A DNA stretch of 62,785 nucleotides, filler included, from Choristocarpus tenellus KU-1152 (GCA_964200185.2; 11 parts of 11 records of this genome joined end to end with filler, not necessarily neighbours in it), one strand, 5' to 3'; positions 23,629 through 37,099 are shown, counted from the whole stretch's first letter. Made by a program: numbers and translations. The notes: generated from the sequence alone by a model not told the origin.

Positions 23629-26600
23629 ACCCACCACACCCCACACCACCCCCACCAACCACACACCACACACCCACCCACACNNNNNNNNNNNNNNNNN
23701 NNNNNNNNNNNNNNNNNNNNNNNNNNNTTAATTAATTAANNNNNNNNNNNNNNNNNNNNNNNNNNNNNNNNNNNNNNNNNNNNGGCTTGACCCAAAATTG
23801 ACTGGGAGAAAGTATCGATATGTTTTTTTTTTTATTAGGGTCAAGCCTATCCTCAATGAAAAGCTCCATCCTCAATTTTTGAAATCTGCTGTGATTATCA
23901 CCCTACAACATTTGATAACATTTCTGTGTTAATCGCTTTTGTCCACACATACATACATGAGTCGGGGGATACTTAAATGGCGGAGTCAATTTAAGAGGTG
24001 TAACCAGGTGTTGACGGCGTTCGAGGAAAATGATTTTGAGGTAGAAGACAAGAAGGCTGAAAATTCGTAGTCATGGCCAGCCGAAAACATACGTGCAGAT
24101 TGACGAGGAGGCGTACCGCGCAGCGGAGGCATGGTAGTGTGAGGGGCAGGAGAGGGACGAGGAAGGTTGATTTCGGTGAAAAGAACATCAAGGAAGCCAC
24201 TGCAACCAACCGTTTCCAAATCTGCCATGATTATGAAAAGTTATGATGAAGATTGAACAGACTTACTGGCCGAAGGAGTACACATACAAAATACGTCCAT
24301 ACATTATTAGTACTTACGGACACAATCGAATCACACCACACTAATCTCTCCATTTTAGAATTTTTTATTTTTCTTTGTCATAGCCAGTCACAGTGCCTGC
24401 TGAGAACTTGAACCTCCGCGATCCTTTCAAGCTGTGTTCTCCGTTTCCAAATAATACCCACCACCTACCTACCACCACCTTGACTGGTGTGACTATCTTG
24501 TTTCACCGACAGATGGATCTCCTGCACTTCCTTATTCTCACAGTTAGTTGTTGCTAACACTCTCCATGACATTTGAAATCTTTGTTGGTTACGTGATTCT
24601 GCGAATTGCGCCTTATGTGCCTTTCACCCCCATCATTTTATGTAGTTATTTTTACCACCCTACTCACTGATGATGATGCTGTCAATTTTGGTATTTATTT
24701 TTCCCCTTCATGACTAGAGGATCACCTTGCTCAGTCAAGTTCCTCGACTTCCCTCTTGAAAGAGTCAAGAAGCTGGACTGCGCATCCTCTTCTTCCTCTG
24801 GTTGTTGCCTATGTCAATCTATCCTTTAAACCCTGTTGTAGGTTGTGGTTGGGGATCGTATACTCATCACTCAAGCTATCAATCCAGCATTGCAGGCAAT
24901 TTCCAGGAATTTCCCCAGCTAGAAACTTGCCTAAAGAGCATGTTGCTGGCAGGACAATAGGGTACGTTTAACAGTCACTGAATATTATCCAGATGTAGTG
25001 GGCTCTCCAGCAAACAGATATCAAGACTCATTCCCAACCGCATACTACTTTCCTGAGTCATCATGCCTTCCTTGCAACTAGTGAACCTGACAAAACATAT
25101 CGTTCATGAAATGGCTCACTGTTACTACTATTGCTGGTTCTACCAATCACAAAAAGAAATCCAAATTACGCTATTTCACAAGACACTCAGTCCTCGGATC
25201 ACTTCATGCGGTTTTTATGCTTCTTGTATCAGCACTAGACTAGTAACTATCAGCAGATCCTCCTCCTTCCTCTCCTCCCTCAACACAGGACCCACACATT
25301 ACAAACAACCTTCTCAAAAAAACCAAAACGAAATCTGACTAATAAAATCAAGCAGGACAATAAGTGATACAAACACGAAGAGTGGCAACAACATCAACAG
25401 TGAGAGAATAGAGATATTTTCTTACTGCTTGAGTCTACTCGAAATGTGCCACTACAAATAAAACATAGGTCACATCACAGCACAAAACAGCATTTGTAAT
25501 AGTAGTGTCTGCACCAAACGAAAATAAAACGACAATAAAGACCAATAATACTATAGTCGATCCGTAAAACATGACAACATTGTGCAGCATTTTAGTACAC
25601 CAGTTGGGTGGTGTGGCTACCGAGGCAATCCACAGAGCTCTACGTTGCAACAAACCCAACTTGCAGTGTGTAGGCAATGCCCAAAAGTGAACCTTTCCTT
25701 GCGAAAATACTATCAGCCGCACACACTGTGTATACGTCACCCTACACAAGGGTGACAATGTGCCGTCTTCATAAACAGTGAATCCTAAGTAGGACACCAC
25801 TGTTGTCAATCTCTGGAAGCCATACACACAAATTCTATGACAAGGACCTCAACCACTAACCCCCCCCTCTTTGCGATATGACCCAACAAATATGAACACC
25901 CCCAAATACAAAACAGCGTACAGCAAGTTAATGCATGCACACATCTCCAAATTCACACACTTATCTGATAACGAAAAGTAAGACAGCAATATATTGATAC
26001 CCCGCTTTGAATATGATGCAAAACATGAGATGGAAACAAAAGCACAACAGGGAACAAGATCCAAAGCAAAAAAATCAGTCCCAACCTCCTCAGGTGTATT
26101 CTCTACAAGTTGTAAATGCCTCACTTAAAGTACACAAACAAAAACCTGAACTCCTCCTGAGACAGAAACAAACAAATACAACTCAAAACTACTTGGAGGA
26201 TCATCCCCCCCACAGACAGCAGGGGTTCAAAAACCGCCGATGGACAAAGCGTATCCAACAAATTTATTTCTCTTCCAAGCAGGCAGTATATGCTGATGCA
26301 CGACTCAACTACTCTTTCTTGCACTAGGGGCACTCATTCACCCACAACAAAATGCACTTGAAAGCATTGCACAGCTGCACAAAAAGGCCAAGGACTTTTT
26401 TTGTGATGCAAACGATCCCCCCATCAATATAACCCTCACCTGATTCAGTTCCTACATCTACACTACCCCGAAAAACTATCACTTCAAACTCAGACGGCAT
26501 CCCTACCTCCCCCCTCCTCCTACCTCCTTCAACCACCCACCTACACTTGGTACCTCTAAAAATGAAACGTTAATTTTATTCCCGAAAGGTGGACATCCAG

Positions 26601-26760
26601 TTTTAGGTGTCACAGATTTTGATATGATGTCCTCCTCTTCTTTGGATCACGCTTCTCTGTTCATTCCTGCACTACAACTCCTGACAATCTATGTGCAAAG
26701 ACATCTTGTGTTAAGCCTATATGAGATACTTCATACTGTACTGTACACCTATGAAAAAAA

Positions 26761-26837
26761 GGGAGTAGGTCAGAATCGAACTCATACCAGACTCCTGTGA
26801 AAGAGGCGACCAAACCTTCCCATACATTAATCTCTCC
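26761..26837 (-). pseudogene. Degenerate tRNA-Glu(TTC)-like sequence (tRNA pseudogene or SINE head) followed by an oligo-T run
   Basis: Minus strand reads GGAGAG...CCT-CTTTCAC-AGG (anticodon-like arm), GAGTTCGATTC (B-box/T-loop), ...CTACTCCC, then TTTTTTT. The stems are imperfect. Confidence 0.4.
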
Positions 26838-27510
26838 TAAGAGTCCCCATGACTACTGTGAACAACAGATCCCCATGAATGCATACAGAGCTTCTCGGAT
26901 GCAGTCAGCAAGATACACAGTACCAACACAAAGCCAATGCACAAGCAGAAACCTGATTAGTTCCTCTTACTAAAGGCATATGAAAAAAATATATGTGTTC
27001 CATACCTACAACCGACACCGAGTGCCATACAACAAACTACCATCAACAGAATATGCCCCAACTTCTTCTACAATTAGGAACACGATCAGGCATCTCGATG
27101 TTGATGTCCTCATGAAGGGAAAGGGTTCCATCTACGCTGTTGTGTTGCTCTCTCCCCCTCCACAACAAGGTTCATGAATCTCTTGCTCAAGTCCTCCAGT
27201 GCCATCTTGTCCACCGCCTTCCAAGGATTAGGTACATTAAAACACAAAAAAGATTGTTTGTGAAATGATTAAAAAACAAATAGATGAGACAAGGACCTAT
27301 GCTGAGGAGACTAACAGACCATCTTAGTACAGCACTGGCATTTCCATATCCTCTATAGAGAGTTTCATTCCAGGCAGCAGGACTATTTATTTTTATGATA
27401 TAGACCCAACAGTCAATCGTAAAAGTATGTACCACGCTCTACCCTCAAAATTTGATTCAACCAAGTACTCCACAAACAAAAAAAAATCAACCCGGTTTTG
27501 CCTTGATAAT

Positions 27511-27721
27511 GGCTAATAGTATCTGCGGGGGGGGGGTGGTGGTCTACACCAGGGTTTCCGTTCAGACCCTGACCATGAAAAGTGCACTTACATTATCCAT
27601 CCGACACATGCAACCAGATCGCACAAAAATCGCGACATGTAAAAATGCCCCCAAATCCACAACTATCAACAAACCCACAACCAAAAAAAATAGATAAAAA
27701 AAAAATCAAACCACATTATCC
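27511..27721. mobile_element. MITE family A, degenerate/truncated copy
   Basis: GGCTAATAGTATCTGCGGGG...CACCAGGG...GAAAAGTGCACTTACATTATCCATCCGA is the reverse complement of the interior of 55863-56039. Confidence 0.8.
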
Positions 27722-28003
27722 NNNNNNNNNNNNNNNNNNNNNNNNNNNNNNNNNNNNNNNNNNNNTTAATTAATTAANNNNNNNNNNNNNNNNNNNNNNN
27801 NNNNNNNNNNNNNNNNNNNNNTTTTTGTTTTATTACTAACACACCCCAACACCACGTCCTTGCCATCCGCGGCGGGAGGGGGCGGGGGTGGTGGGGGGGG
27901 GGGGGGGGGGGGGGGGAAGTAGAAAGTACAGTAGAAAGTACAGTAGAAAGTACACCGACGATGAATACACACCCACTGCCACAGTGCTGTGCAGTAAACA
28001 AAC

Positions 28004-29349
28004 CTCAAAGAGTCCATGCGACCTGTGCAGGGCCTTGATGTATGCACACGCCAACCGTGCCACATGTCCCCGGTATACAACAGCAAACAAGTCCTTGACA
28101 AATTCTGCCAATGCTGCGTTGATCATCTCCGCATGACCCAGTGCCTTTGACTAGACCCAAGGAGGGAGGACAGATTCGCCAGTTGAAGAACAGGATAGTC
28201 ATCACAGTGAAATGCCAATGCCAATGCCAATGCCAATGTAATGTCATTAGGGTGATCAATAATGGGATGGGGGGATTGATACCATCAAGTATAGTGATAC
28301 TAAGGGTGAACAAGAAAGGTATCCTGCTCCATATGACCTCTTTTTTTTTGCTAGTTAATGAGTGTAACCAAATATGGAATAATAATCTACCATGGATTCA
28401 TACCAGTGGTTGGGAATCCCAACCTGACCCTGAACCCCTCCCTCACCCTAACCCTCCTGAGGCCTTGTTATCCCCACCTCGACCCTCAAACACTAAAAAC
28501 AATTACATAAACACAGGAGTGAATGAATATTTGATTCCATACTCACACCAAAATTCATGGGCATGGTCAAACATATGTTACATGGTGATAGCGCCATCCA
28601 TACCTCACTGATCTGCTGAGCAAGCAGGATAATGAGCCTCTCCAGCTCATCCAGGAAGGCGTCATCAAGACGGATAGGTGGACGCAACTACCAAAACAAG
28701 CAGAGGACAGAGTGGCACATTTTTCAAAGATAAAATTTCAATACTTCAATAAATAAAATTCAGAGGCAAAAGTAGGAAAAGTAAAAATAAAAATTTATCA
28801 CTCTACTGCATCTCCTAAGATGTACAAAAAAAAAAAACCCTCTCAACTCAGGGTTCATGAACATCTATCCCACCGGGCATACTGCATATCTTTCTTCTCA
28901 CATCTTTCTGCGAATACTTTTATGCAATCACTTGCGAATACTTTTATGCAATCACTTGCGAATACTTTTTCCCAACACATCCTACCCAAGACCACTCTGT
29001 GTCTATCTCTACTCCGACTGAAACAACCCAATCAACGGCAAGCTGTGCATTGCCAACCACACAAGGGATGTCAGTAGGGTTGGAAAATGCAGAGGGCAGT
29101 CAATTTTTCCGAGAAAATGTTTTTTTTCGTGTACAAAAAAATAAATACATGGTGAAAAAAAATATGTAGTGTGGGTTCTGACAGGTTGGTAAAACAGTGT
29201 GAGCAAAATTGGTACAGTATAAAACTAAACCAAGATATCAAGATAGCTCCAACAAGTTATTTCCCAAGTAGTCAAACCATAGCGTTGACTAGACAGCAAC
29301 CCTATTTACATCCATCAACCACAGTAAAAACAAAAACATCAAAAACAAC

Positions 29350-29383
<34 letters not shown>

Positions 29384-30170
29384 TAAAGAATAATACCACA
29401 CCCGAACTGAGTTGAATGTGGCTAGCAGGCCACAATAACATGGTCTACAACCATTGCAACACAAGCACACTTTGGTCAAGGCATAGCGGCAGGCAATGCA
29501 ACCCCCAGTATTAACAATCTGATGAAGTATTAACAATCTGATGCAAATGCAACAAGTGTGCTGATGGTGTGTTTTACTAAGTACTTTGAAATGACAACAG
29601 TATTAACAGTACCAACAGTACTAATGGTACTAATGGTACTAACACAATCAGTGTTTCACTTCAACAAACAAGGCCAAACTCAAGTTTAATTTACAATAAA
29701 TGTGTAAAAAATGCAATGCACATCTCACTGTCTGCAACAACACAGACAAAGCAGGTCCACCAACACTCCACCCACAAGAAATGGGCATTTTCAGAAGCAT
29801 TGTTTGAAGTCTTGTTAGATAAGTCTGGAACCATCAAAGCGATCAAATCTTGTTTCCACCCCCGCAGCAATGCAAACATGTCCAAATCCCTCACACATAC
29901 GTAACACACACACATAACATGCAAACATACATAACACCAGTAACAATACCAACAGAGGTCCAACAATTTTGACTGCTCTCCCTAGAAGTAGTACCTCTCT
30001 TAGCCCCTTATGAAATACAATGTATCATGTCAGTATTGACAGGTGCTATTTCTCTTTATGCAATATGATGATTATCCATAATTCTAGTCACCTTCTCGTG
30101 GTGTACCCTCAGACCAATACTCTTGAGCACAATAGCAAAGAGAACCGGTGCATATACCTTGGCTAACACG
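28004..30170 (-). CDS. DOCK-family (DOCK-C/D, zizimin-like) Rho GEF, partial (3 internal exons, ARM-like region)
   Basis: Exon 30170-30092: APVLFAIVLKSIGLR. Exon 28687-28604: RLDDAFLDELERLIILLAQQISE. Exon 28150-28004: AEMINAALAEFVKDLFAVVYRGHVARLACAY, cf. the DOCK6-11 motif N.SLA.FL.DL....DRG.V..L...Y. Phases are consistent. Confidence 0.7.
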
Positions 30171-30805
30171 CTGTTAACCAACCGACACATAGGTACATAC
30201 ATACATAGGTACATACACACACAGGCACATACACACATAGGCACATACACACACACAGGCACATACACACATAGGTACATACACAAACACAAACACACAC
30301 ACACAAGCAAACATTGAGCAAAGGGGGGGGGGGGGGGGGGGGAAAAGTAACTAAAAAAAATATAAAAAATAATTATTTAGCCCCNNNNNNNNNNNNNNNN
30401 NNNNNNNNNNNNNNNNNNNNNNNNNNNNTTAATTAATTAANNNNNNNNNNNNNNNNNNNNNNNNNNNNNNNNNNNNNNNNNNNNAACATGTTGTTCCCAC
30501 CATCACTTCAGTGCGATCTTACTACTGAACAGCAACATGCTTCCCTCCCCCCCAACCCTGTTGAACACTCTTCAGAGGTTTAATTTGTCCCTGATTGCAA
30601 GTCTTCTTCACCTTGCACAATTGTGGTGTCAAGGCTTTCAATGTCTCTCCCTTTCTATACCAAGAAGCTTGATCCCCCCTTACTGTCTTGATCCCCCCTT
30701 ACTGTCTTGTGTTTAGGTACTGTCTCCTTGCACACACGGCCAATCTGTCTAATTTCTTTACATAAACATTTTGGGTTTGTAATCTGTATGCACCTGGAAG
30801 AACAG

Positions 30806-32712
30806 ATCTGCAAGGTCCTGTCCTCAGTTTGCAGGAAGGAGGGACTCACATTGCCCCAAGAGCTGTCTGCAAGGCTGGCCAAGACTTCCAACCGAAACCT
30901 TCGGCGTGCTGTGCTCATGCTTGAGGCATGCCGTGTTCAGCAGTAAGCGCCCCAACCCCTCTTCCCCCCCTTAATTTTGTGTTGAAGCTCCAATACGACT
31001 GCTAAGATGAGCTTCCCAACCACCATGTTTGCCATCCTTCTCTGGTTGCTTGCTAGATTGTCGACACATAATCCACTTTGTGGTTTTGGAAATTGATATG
31101 TGTCTTTGGTTGTTTTTCGAAAATGATAAGCACTACTACTCTATGTTGCGGTTACTATGATGCCTTCTGTGAACATGATGTGACACAACTACATTCCTTT
31201 TTTTGCCCACAAACCACCAAATCTCGTTGCACTAATTTGTACACAGGTCTGCAAGACAGTAGTCCAGACTTATCTTGAATTCCTATGTGCAGCAAGAGGA
31301 AATCTCAAGGAAACATGATTGCTAGAGTGGATGTCAGCAACATACTCACTTTTTACTGCTGCAAAGAGCCGTTAGAATTGTTGATCGCTCAAGGAGCTCT
31401 TGTCTTTAACAGAGCCCCTTCTTTTTTCCACCCACTCCCTCCCATCCCACCCTGCTCATTCCCTGTCTGGCCTAGATATCCATTCACACCTGACCAGGTG
31501 GTGCAGCTAACAGACTGGGAGAACTACATTGCACAGCTGGCCAGGGAGGTTTGTATGGAGCAGAGTCCCAAAAGGTGAGCTCTTCCAGAAGCAGGATTAT
31601 GGCATAAAAATTACGTCAAAACTTCTTTGGGGCAGCAATGTTGTTTCAACCCCTTCTTTCCCCCCCCCCACCCTTGCCTGTGACAAGAGAGGTAATTGAA
31701 AGTTTTGGATGGCAGCGGAAATAGTGATCAGACAATTCCCCTGCTGTGTATCACGTTGCCAGGCTGTTGGAGGCAAGGGAAAAGCTTTACGAGCTGTTGA
31801 CCAACTGCATACCTGCGGATGTTATCATTAAGGTGCAGCATACTGCACACCATTGGAAGTCAAAGCATTTTTCCACCAGTTGACATTTCAACACACGTTT
31901 TCACTCACCCATTTGAAATGAATAAAACACCCCTGATCCTGATTTCGACCCCCCAACTGGTCTAGACTCTCCAACTACATACTCCCACATCTCGAGTGGT
32001 GCTCTTGCTGGCAGAGGCTGTGGAAGTCACAGTTTAGTACCTTTGTCTGGAATGATGTTCAGTCCTTCCACCGTACAGATAGGTTTTGAACAGGTGTAAA
32101 GATAGGTTTTGAAATGTGTACTCTTATGCACTGCACCAAGTGAGTGTTTGATGGTTATTTGCACTTGTCCAGTGTAGTTGTCCTCTCTCCTAGATGCATC
32201 ATGGGATTCTCGTCCCCCCTTTCCCCCCCCCCCCAACGGTGTTGGGATTTGGCAGTTAAATGTTGCTAACTTTGTACCATCTAGGTATTTAAAGGTTTCA
32301 GTTGAGATGTTAGAAAGTGAAAGGTTGACCAACGACTACTGTAGGGGAAGATTCATGAAGTCTTTGGAAGGGGACAGGAATTGGGAGTTTCATGAGTGTT
32401 GATCTCTAGTCTCGAGGTGTAGTATACATTCTGTGGACAACATATCAACTGACTACAAAGAAACTGACTACAAAGAAAAGAAGCCCGTGGCTACAGCATC
32501 CCTCATCACCCTTCTTGCCCCACACCCTACCGCCACAGACACTCACCCGTGAACTGCTCAGGGTTTTGGATGATGATCTCAAGCATGAGGTGTTGCACTG
32601 GGCCGCCTTCTACGAACACCGCCTTCACCTAGGAAGCAAGGAGATACTGCACCTTGAGGCTTTCCTGGCAAAGTTCATGTCAATCTACAAGAGCTATGTG
32701 ATCGCTTCGTGA
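30806..32712 (+). CDS. RFC3: Replication factor C small subunit (human RFC3 / yeast Rfc5 orthologue), 3' part (4 exons)
   Basis: Exon 30806-30942: SNRNLRRAVLMLEACRVQQ. Exon 31476-31574: YPF...DWENYI...EQSPKR. Exon 31763-31832: LLEAREKLYELLTNCIP. Exon 32539-32712: WAAFYEHRLHLGSKEILHLEAFLAKFM. Junctions are GT-AG and in phase. Confidence 0.95.
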
Positions 32713-35263
32713 GTACTTGTATATCTGAGAAGTAGACAAACAAGAACCACAGCTGTAACATAGTTGCTCCCTCGATATATATTTTTTCTCCCTCTCCATC
32801 CTCCCTCTACTTAGTTTATGCTTGCTGCCTTCCTTCTGTTCTTCACATACTATTTAGTGCATTCATGGACATTCAGAACACTCTCTACAATACTACACCT
32901 CAGGAGCAAACATTTATCCCCTATCCGCATAGTTTCTGCAATAGTTGACCCTGTGAGTGTTTGCATTTCTCCTTCCTTCTGTATCTGTTGTCTCCCTTGC
33001 ATTTGTCTGGACAGCCTATGTGTGTTGAATGCACCTGCAGTGTAGTTTGAACCACAAAGATTTGGTACAAGGAGGTTATGTTTCACCTCCATGAGGTGGA
33101 AGTATTTGTTCCATTTGATGCTTTACCTGAACTGGGCTCACACTCATGTTGGAGCATATTTTTATGAGTGCGTATTTGTATTCATGTGCTCTACTGTAAT
33201 TGTTGTTACCATCCTTTTTCGAGCTCACAGGTTCCCCTATCACCAGTAAGGAAAACCATATTCACCTTCAATTGACTCCCCTTTTGTCCTTGTTCCATCA
33301 TGGTCTCATCCAGCACCTCAGAGTTGGAGGGTATTGATGGGAGTATAATATGCAATACACATGGTATATTTAAATCATCACTGTAGATATGATAGCAAAT
33401 TTAATAGAAGTACCTTCGGAGTTTAGTTGGGAAGAGTACTGGAGTAAATGTTTTTGACCCTCCCCATGGAAAACTGGATTAGAACATTGCAACCTTCTTT
33501 CAAGTGTATTAGAAACTGTGTTACATATTCATAACGTCACACATCCCCTTCAAAAAGAGAATTGAGAGCATGTTATACACAGTACAGCAGTTACCACAAG
33601 TGCCCGTTTAGTGCAACCCACCTGTTTCCTACTTACCCACCAACCTCCAATGCATGTTGTGTGATGACCAGGTTCATGTGAGAGGCACTTGTGATGGACA
33701 TAAGTGATGACATGTACGACTGTAGAAATGTGTGTTAGATACACATGACCATCTGTTCTGCTTTCCCTGTCTCTTCTTTCCCCTGATATACTGGTGGAGA
33801 ATTGGGGTCAAGAGGTAGAGCTTGAAGCTCAAGGTGAAAACACCAACACAGTTGAATATTCTCTCTTCCAAGATCTACCTTACGAGTTGTGATGTGGAAG
33901 CAATGTGGGCCTGTAGGATGACAAATATCAACCATTAGACCCATTATCCTCTCCCTCTACCAGCAAATCACTCGAACTAGGCAAAGACTCCCTAGAACAA
34001 GAAAAGACCAAGATATATTGCCTGAGAGCTTTACTCTCATGTTCAGCATGTCGTTTCTTGTGCTACATATTTTAACTTTATAAGCACAATGTTCACTCCT
34101 CCAGTGCATGGCATATATAGGACCTGACAGAAGTAGTGCCGAGATTTGGGGATTGTGCAATGATTAGTGTATGTACAGCCCATAGAAGAGCAGCATATGG
34201 CTAGTATGCAGACAAAGCTGACCTTTGAAGACCTCATAAACTATTACACACAATACACTCCTAAGTGCACCAGGAAGATGCCGTATAACAGATCCCAAAT
34301 CTCTAATACTAGGAGTATTTTACCATTGTCACATCTTGAGCTGTGTATTGGGATTAGGTGTTGATTGAGTACACTAATTCTTAGAGTATGAATTCCCAAG
34401 TGTTCATGATCCTCTCAGCATTAATTTGGCTCTACCTTGAGGACACCCCAGTCTTTCGCGCATTGTAGGAGATGCAATAATATCCAAACTACAGATTACA
34501 CTGATGAGTCAGAATTTGACACCTGGAATGTTGCTCAGATCAAGAAATCACAAGGGATAGAGAAAGGGCACAAAGCACTGAAAGTAGGAGAAGAGGAGAA
34601 GGCGAATGATGACAATAGCAGCACACACATCTTAAATTCAAGGAATTCAATTCAGGTACAGGGACTCCAGATTGGCTCTTGTGTCTTGGTGGAACGAGCA
34701 GGAGTGGAGTTTCAAATATTTGAGGAGAGATAACCATATAATGAGGTTTACCAAGTGGTGGCACATGACCCTGCTATCATCATCTCACCATGTCTCACTG
34801 GTAGTCAAGGCAGGATAGTCCACAGTTTCAACTCCCCAGTGCCGTCTTTGTTCGGATTGTGAAATGACATCCATGAGGAGGTGGAAACTGCATCAACTTC
34901 AAAGAGGATGTTTACATGTCACACCTCTCCTTGGCGTGTGTGAAAGGGGAAATTTTTTTCATATCAGCAGAACGTTCTGTCTTGCTGTTGCTGCTGCTGG
35001 ATCAAATTCCTGCTACACGGGTGGTTCCTTCAGTCACAAATACTCACTGTACATTAAAATACCAGGCAAACATACATTCTAAACTAGTCTTAAACTAGTC
35101 TCAGTGAAACTCCACGAGGAAAAGAGCTCATATGAAAAGACACTAACAAGAGTATAATGTCCAATAAAAGCATTATTACCATATTAAGAAAGTACAGAAT
35201 CACAACCAACATAGCAGCTTACTGGTTGAGCTGTCCTAGTGGTTGAATTGTGCAGGGGAGAGG

Positions 35264-37099
35264 TTAATCAGCAAGTCCCCTGGTCCACATCTCATCGTTC
35301 AGCAAATCTGCACGTTCCGATTGGCCTGCCATTCTGCATGCTGCCATGACTGCTTTGTAGGTGACAACAGTCAGAGGAACATCCTTGGCCCGCATCTCAT
35401 CCATCAGCAAGAGAGCACGCTCCCACTGCCCACAAACTCCACATGCCTTGATAGCTGCAGTGTAGGTGACCGTATTTGGGGCAATACCCTTGACCTGCAT
35501 TTCATTTAGCAGGAACAAAGCACGTTCCAATTGTCCCCCATCCCCGCAGGCCTGGATAAGTGAAGTGTAGGTGATGTTATTGGGGGCTATTCCCCTCGCC
35601 TTCATTTTCTCCAGCAAAAATAAGGCATGCTCCCACTTTCCCCCATCCCCACAGGCCTTAATGGCAGAGGAGTAGGTGATCGTGTTTGGGTTAATCCCTT
35701 TAGCAGACATCCTTCCCAATAATGACAGAACAAGCGTCCACTGACCTCCATTCCCACAAGCCTGGATGACTGAGTTGTAAGTGATTGTATCTGGGGTAAC
35801 CCCTTTGTTTTGCATGCCCTCCAGCAGTGATACAGCCTGCCCCCACTGTCCTGCATCTCCACAAGCTGTAATGGCTGTGTTGAAGGTGTAGCTATTAGGG
35901 GTAACCCCCTTGGACTCCATATCATCAAGTAAAAACAAAGCCTGTTCCCACTGCCGTTCACCCCCACAGGCTTTGATCGCCACACTGTAGGTATGTGCAT
36001 TTGGGGTGACACATTTTGCTTGCATTGCGTCCAGTAGGGACAGGGCTTGTTCCCATTGCCCACTATCCCCACATGCCTGGATGGCTGAGGTGTAAGTGAT
36101 AGTATTGGGAGCAAGCCCTTTGAATTCCATGTCCTCCAATAGCCATATTGCTTTCTCCCATTGCCCTCCCTTACCACAAGCCTTGATAGCAGTGGTGTAG
36201 GTGTGAGGATTGGGAGTAATGCCCTTTGACAACATCTCGTTCAGCAGCAATAGAGCACGCTCCCATTGACCTCCATCCCCACACGCCTTCATCGCCACGC
36301 TGTAGATGTTTGCATTAGGAGTGACACCGTTGGTCTCCATCCCATCCAACAGCAACAGGCCATGTTCCCATTGGCCTGCTTTCCCACAGGCCTGGATGGC
36401 TGAGGTGTAGGTGACTTCATCGGGGGGTCTTCCTCTCGCCTGCATCTCATCCAGTAGTGACAAGGCTTTTTCCCACTGTCCCCTATCTCCGCAGGCTTTT
36501 ACAGCGATATTATAGCTGAACACATCGGGGGGAATTCGCTCTGCTGGCATTGAATTCAATAATTCAAGAACACGTTCCCACTGGCCCCCATCTCCGCAGG
36601 CTTTCAAAACCGCGTTGTAGGTGAAGATGTTGGGGTCAATACCCTCCTCCCGCATCTGACTCAGCAGCGAAAGAGCAAGCTTCCACTTTTTACAGCTAGC
36701 CATGACCCGAATGCAGCTGTTGTAAATGGAAGTAGTCATGAGCATACCTTTGGCCTTGGCTTTATCAAGAGACCGTATTGAACCCCTCCAGTCGCCAGTA
36801 TTTTTCCTGGCTTGCATTTGTCCCACGAACGTCGCCTGATCGGTTGATACCCTACGTTGAGAGTGTCGACCACGCAGGTCTTCTTTTCCCAATTTTGACC
36901 TTAATCCTTTATCGCGCTGATTTTCTACGGGCTTCTCCTCCATTTTACCGTTACCATCTAAGTTGTTCAACCTCGATTGACAGCACTGTTGCGTAGTTCG
37001 ACACCATTGTCTGCAATGACACGGAGTTAGAAGCCATGGCACCGGAGACAAACTATTCACTGTTACCACATTGCGGGTAGGTACCCCCTTGAAGATCAT
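35264..37099 (-). CDS. P-class pentatricopeptide repeat (PPR) protein, 611-aa uninterrupted ORF with 14 tandem 35-aa motifs
   Basis: Repeated TY(N/T/S).AI.ACG..GQWE.AL.LL..M...G..P(N/D). No C-terminal E/DYW/SMR domain. An in-frame acceptor (TTTTACAG) 27 nt upstream of the ATG may indicate another 5' exon. Confidence 0.95.
   Translation of the reverse strand: MIFKGVPTRNVVTVNSLSPVPWLLTPCHCRQWCRTTQQCCQSRLNNLDGNGKMEEKPVENQRDKGLRSKLGKEDLRGRHSQRRVSTDQATFVGQMQARKNTGDWRGSIRSLDKAKAKGMLMTTSIYNSCIRVMASCKKWKLALSLLSQMREEGIDPNIFTYNAVLKACGDGGQWERVLELLNSMPAERIPPDVFSYNIAVKACGDRGQWEKALSLLDEMQARGRPPDEVTYTSAIQACGKAGQWEHGLLLLDGMETNGVTPNANIYSVAMKACGDGGQWERALLLLNEMLSKGITPNPHTYTTAIKACGKGGQWEKAIWLLEDMEFKGLAPNTITYTSAIQACGDSGQWEQALSLLDAMQAKCVTPNAHTYSVAIKACGGERQWEQALFLLDDMESKGVTPNSYTFNTAITACGDAGQWGQAVSLLEGMQNKGVTPDTITYNSVIQACGNGGQWTLVLSLLGRMSAKGINPNTITYSSAIKACGDGGKWEHALFLLEKMKARGIAPNNITYTSLIQACGDGGQLERALFLLNEMQVKGIAPNTVTYTAAIKACGVCGQWERALLLMDEMRAKDVPLTVVTYKAVMAACRMAGQSERADLLNDEMWTRGLAD

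Noticed and set aside
23784-23847. 10-bp inverted repeat GGCTTGACCC...GGGTCAAGCC at a contig start
   Set aside because: Too short, seen once, and the flank is lost in the gap.
23986-24228. 80-aa ORF in a CpG-richer patch
   Set aside because: No recognisable motif and no consistent splice model. The plus-strand frames are broken by stops.
24350-27450. Several 60-130-aa ORFs on contig 5
   Set aside because: No conserved motifs or spliceable exon chain. Probably old repeat-derived or intergenic DNA.
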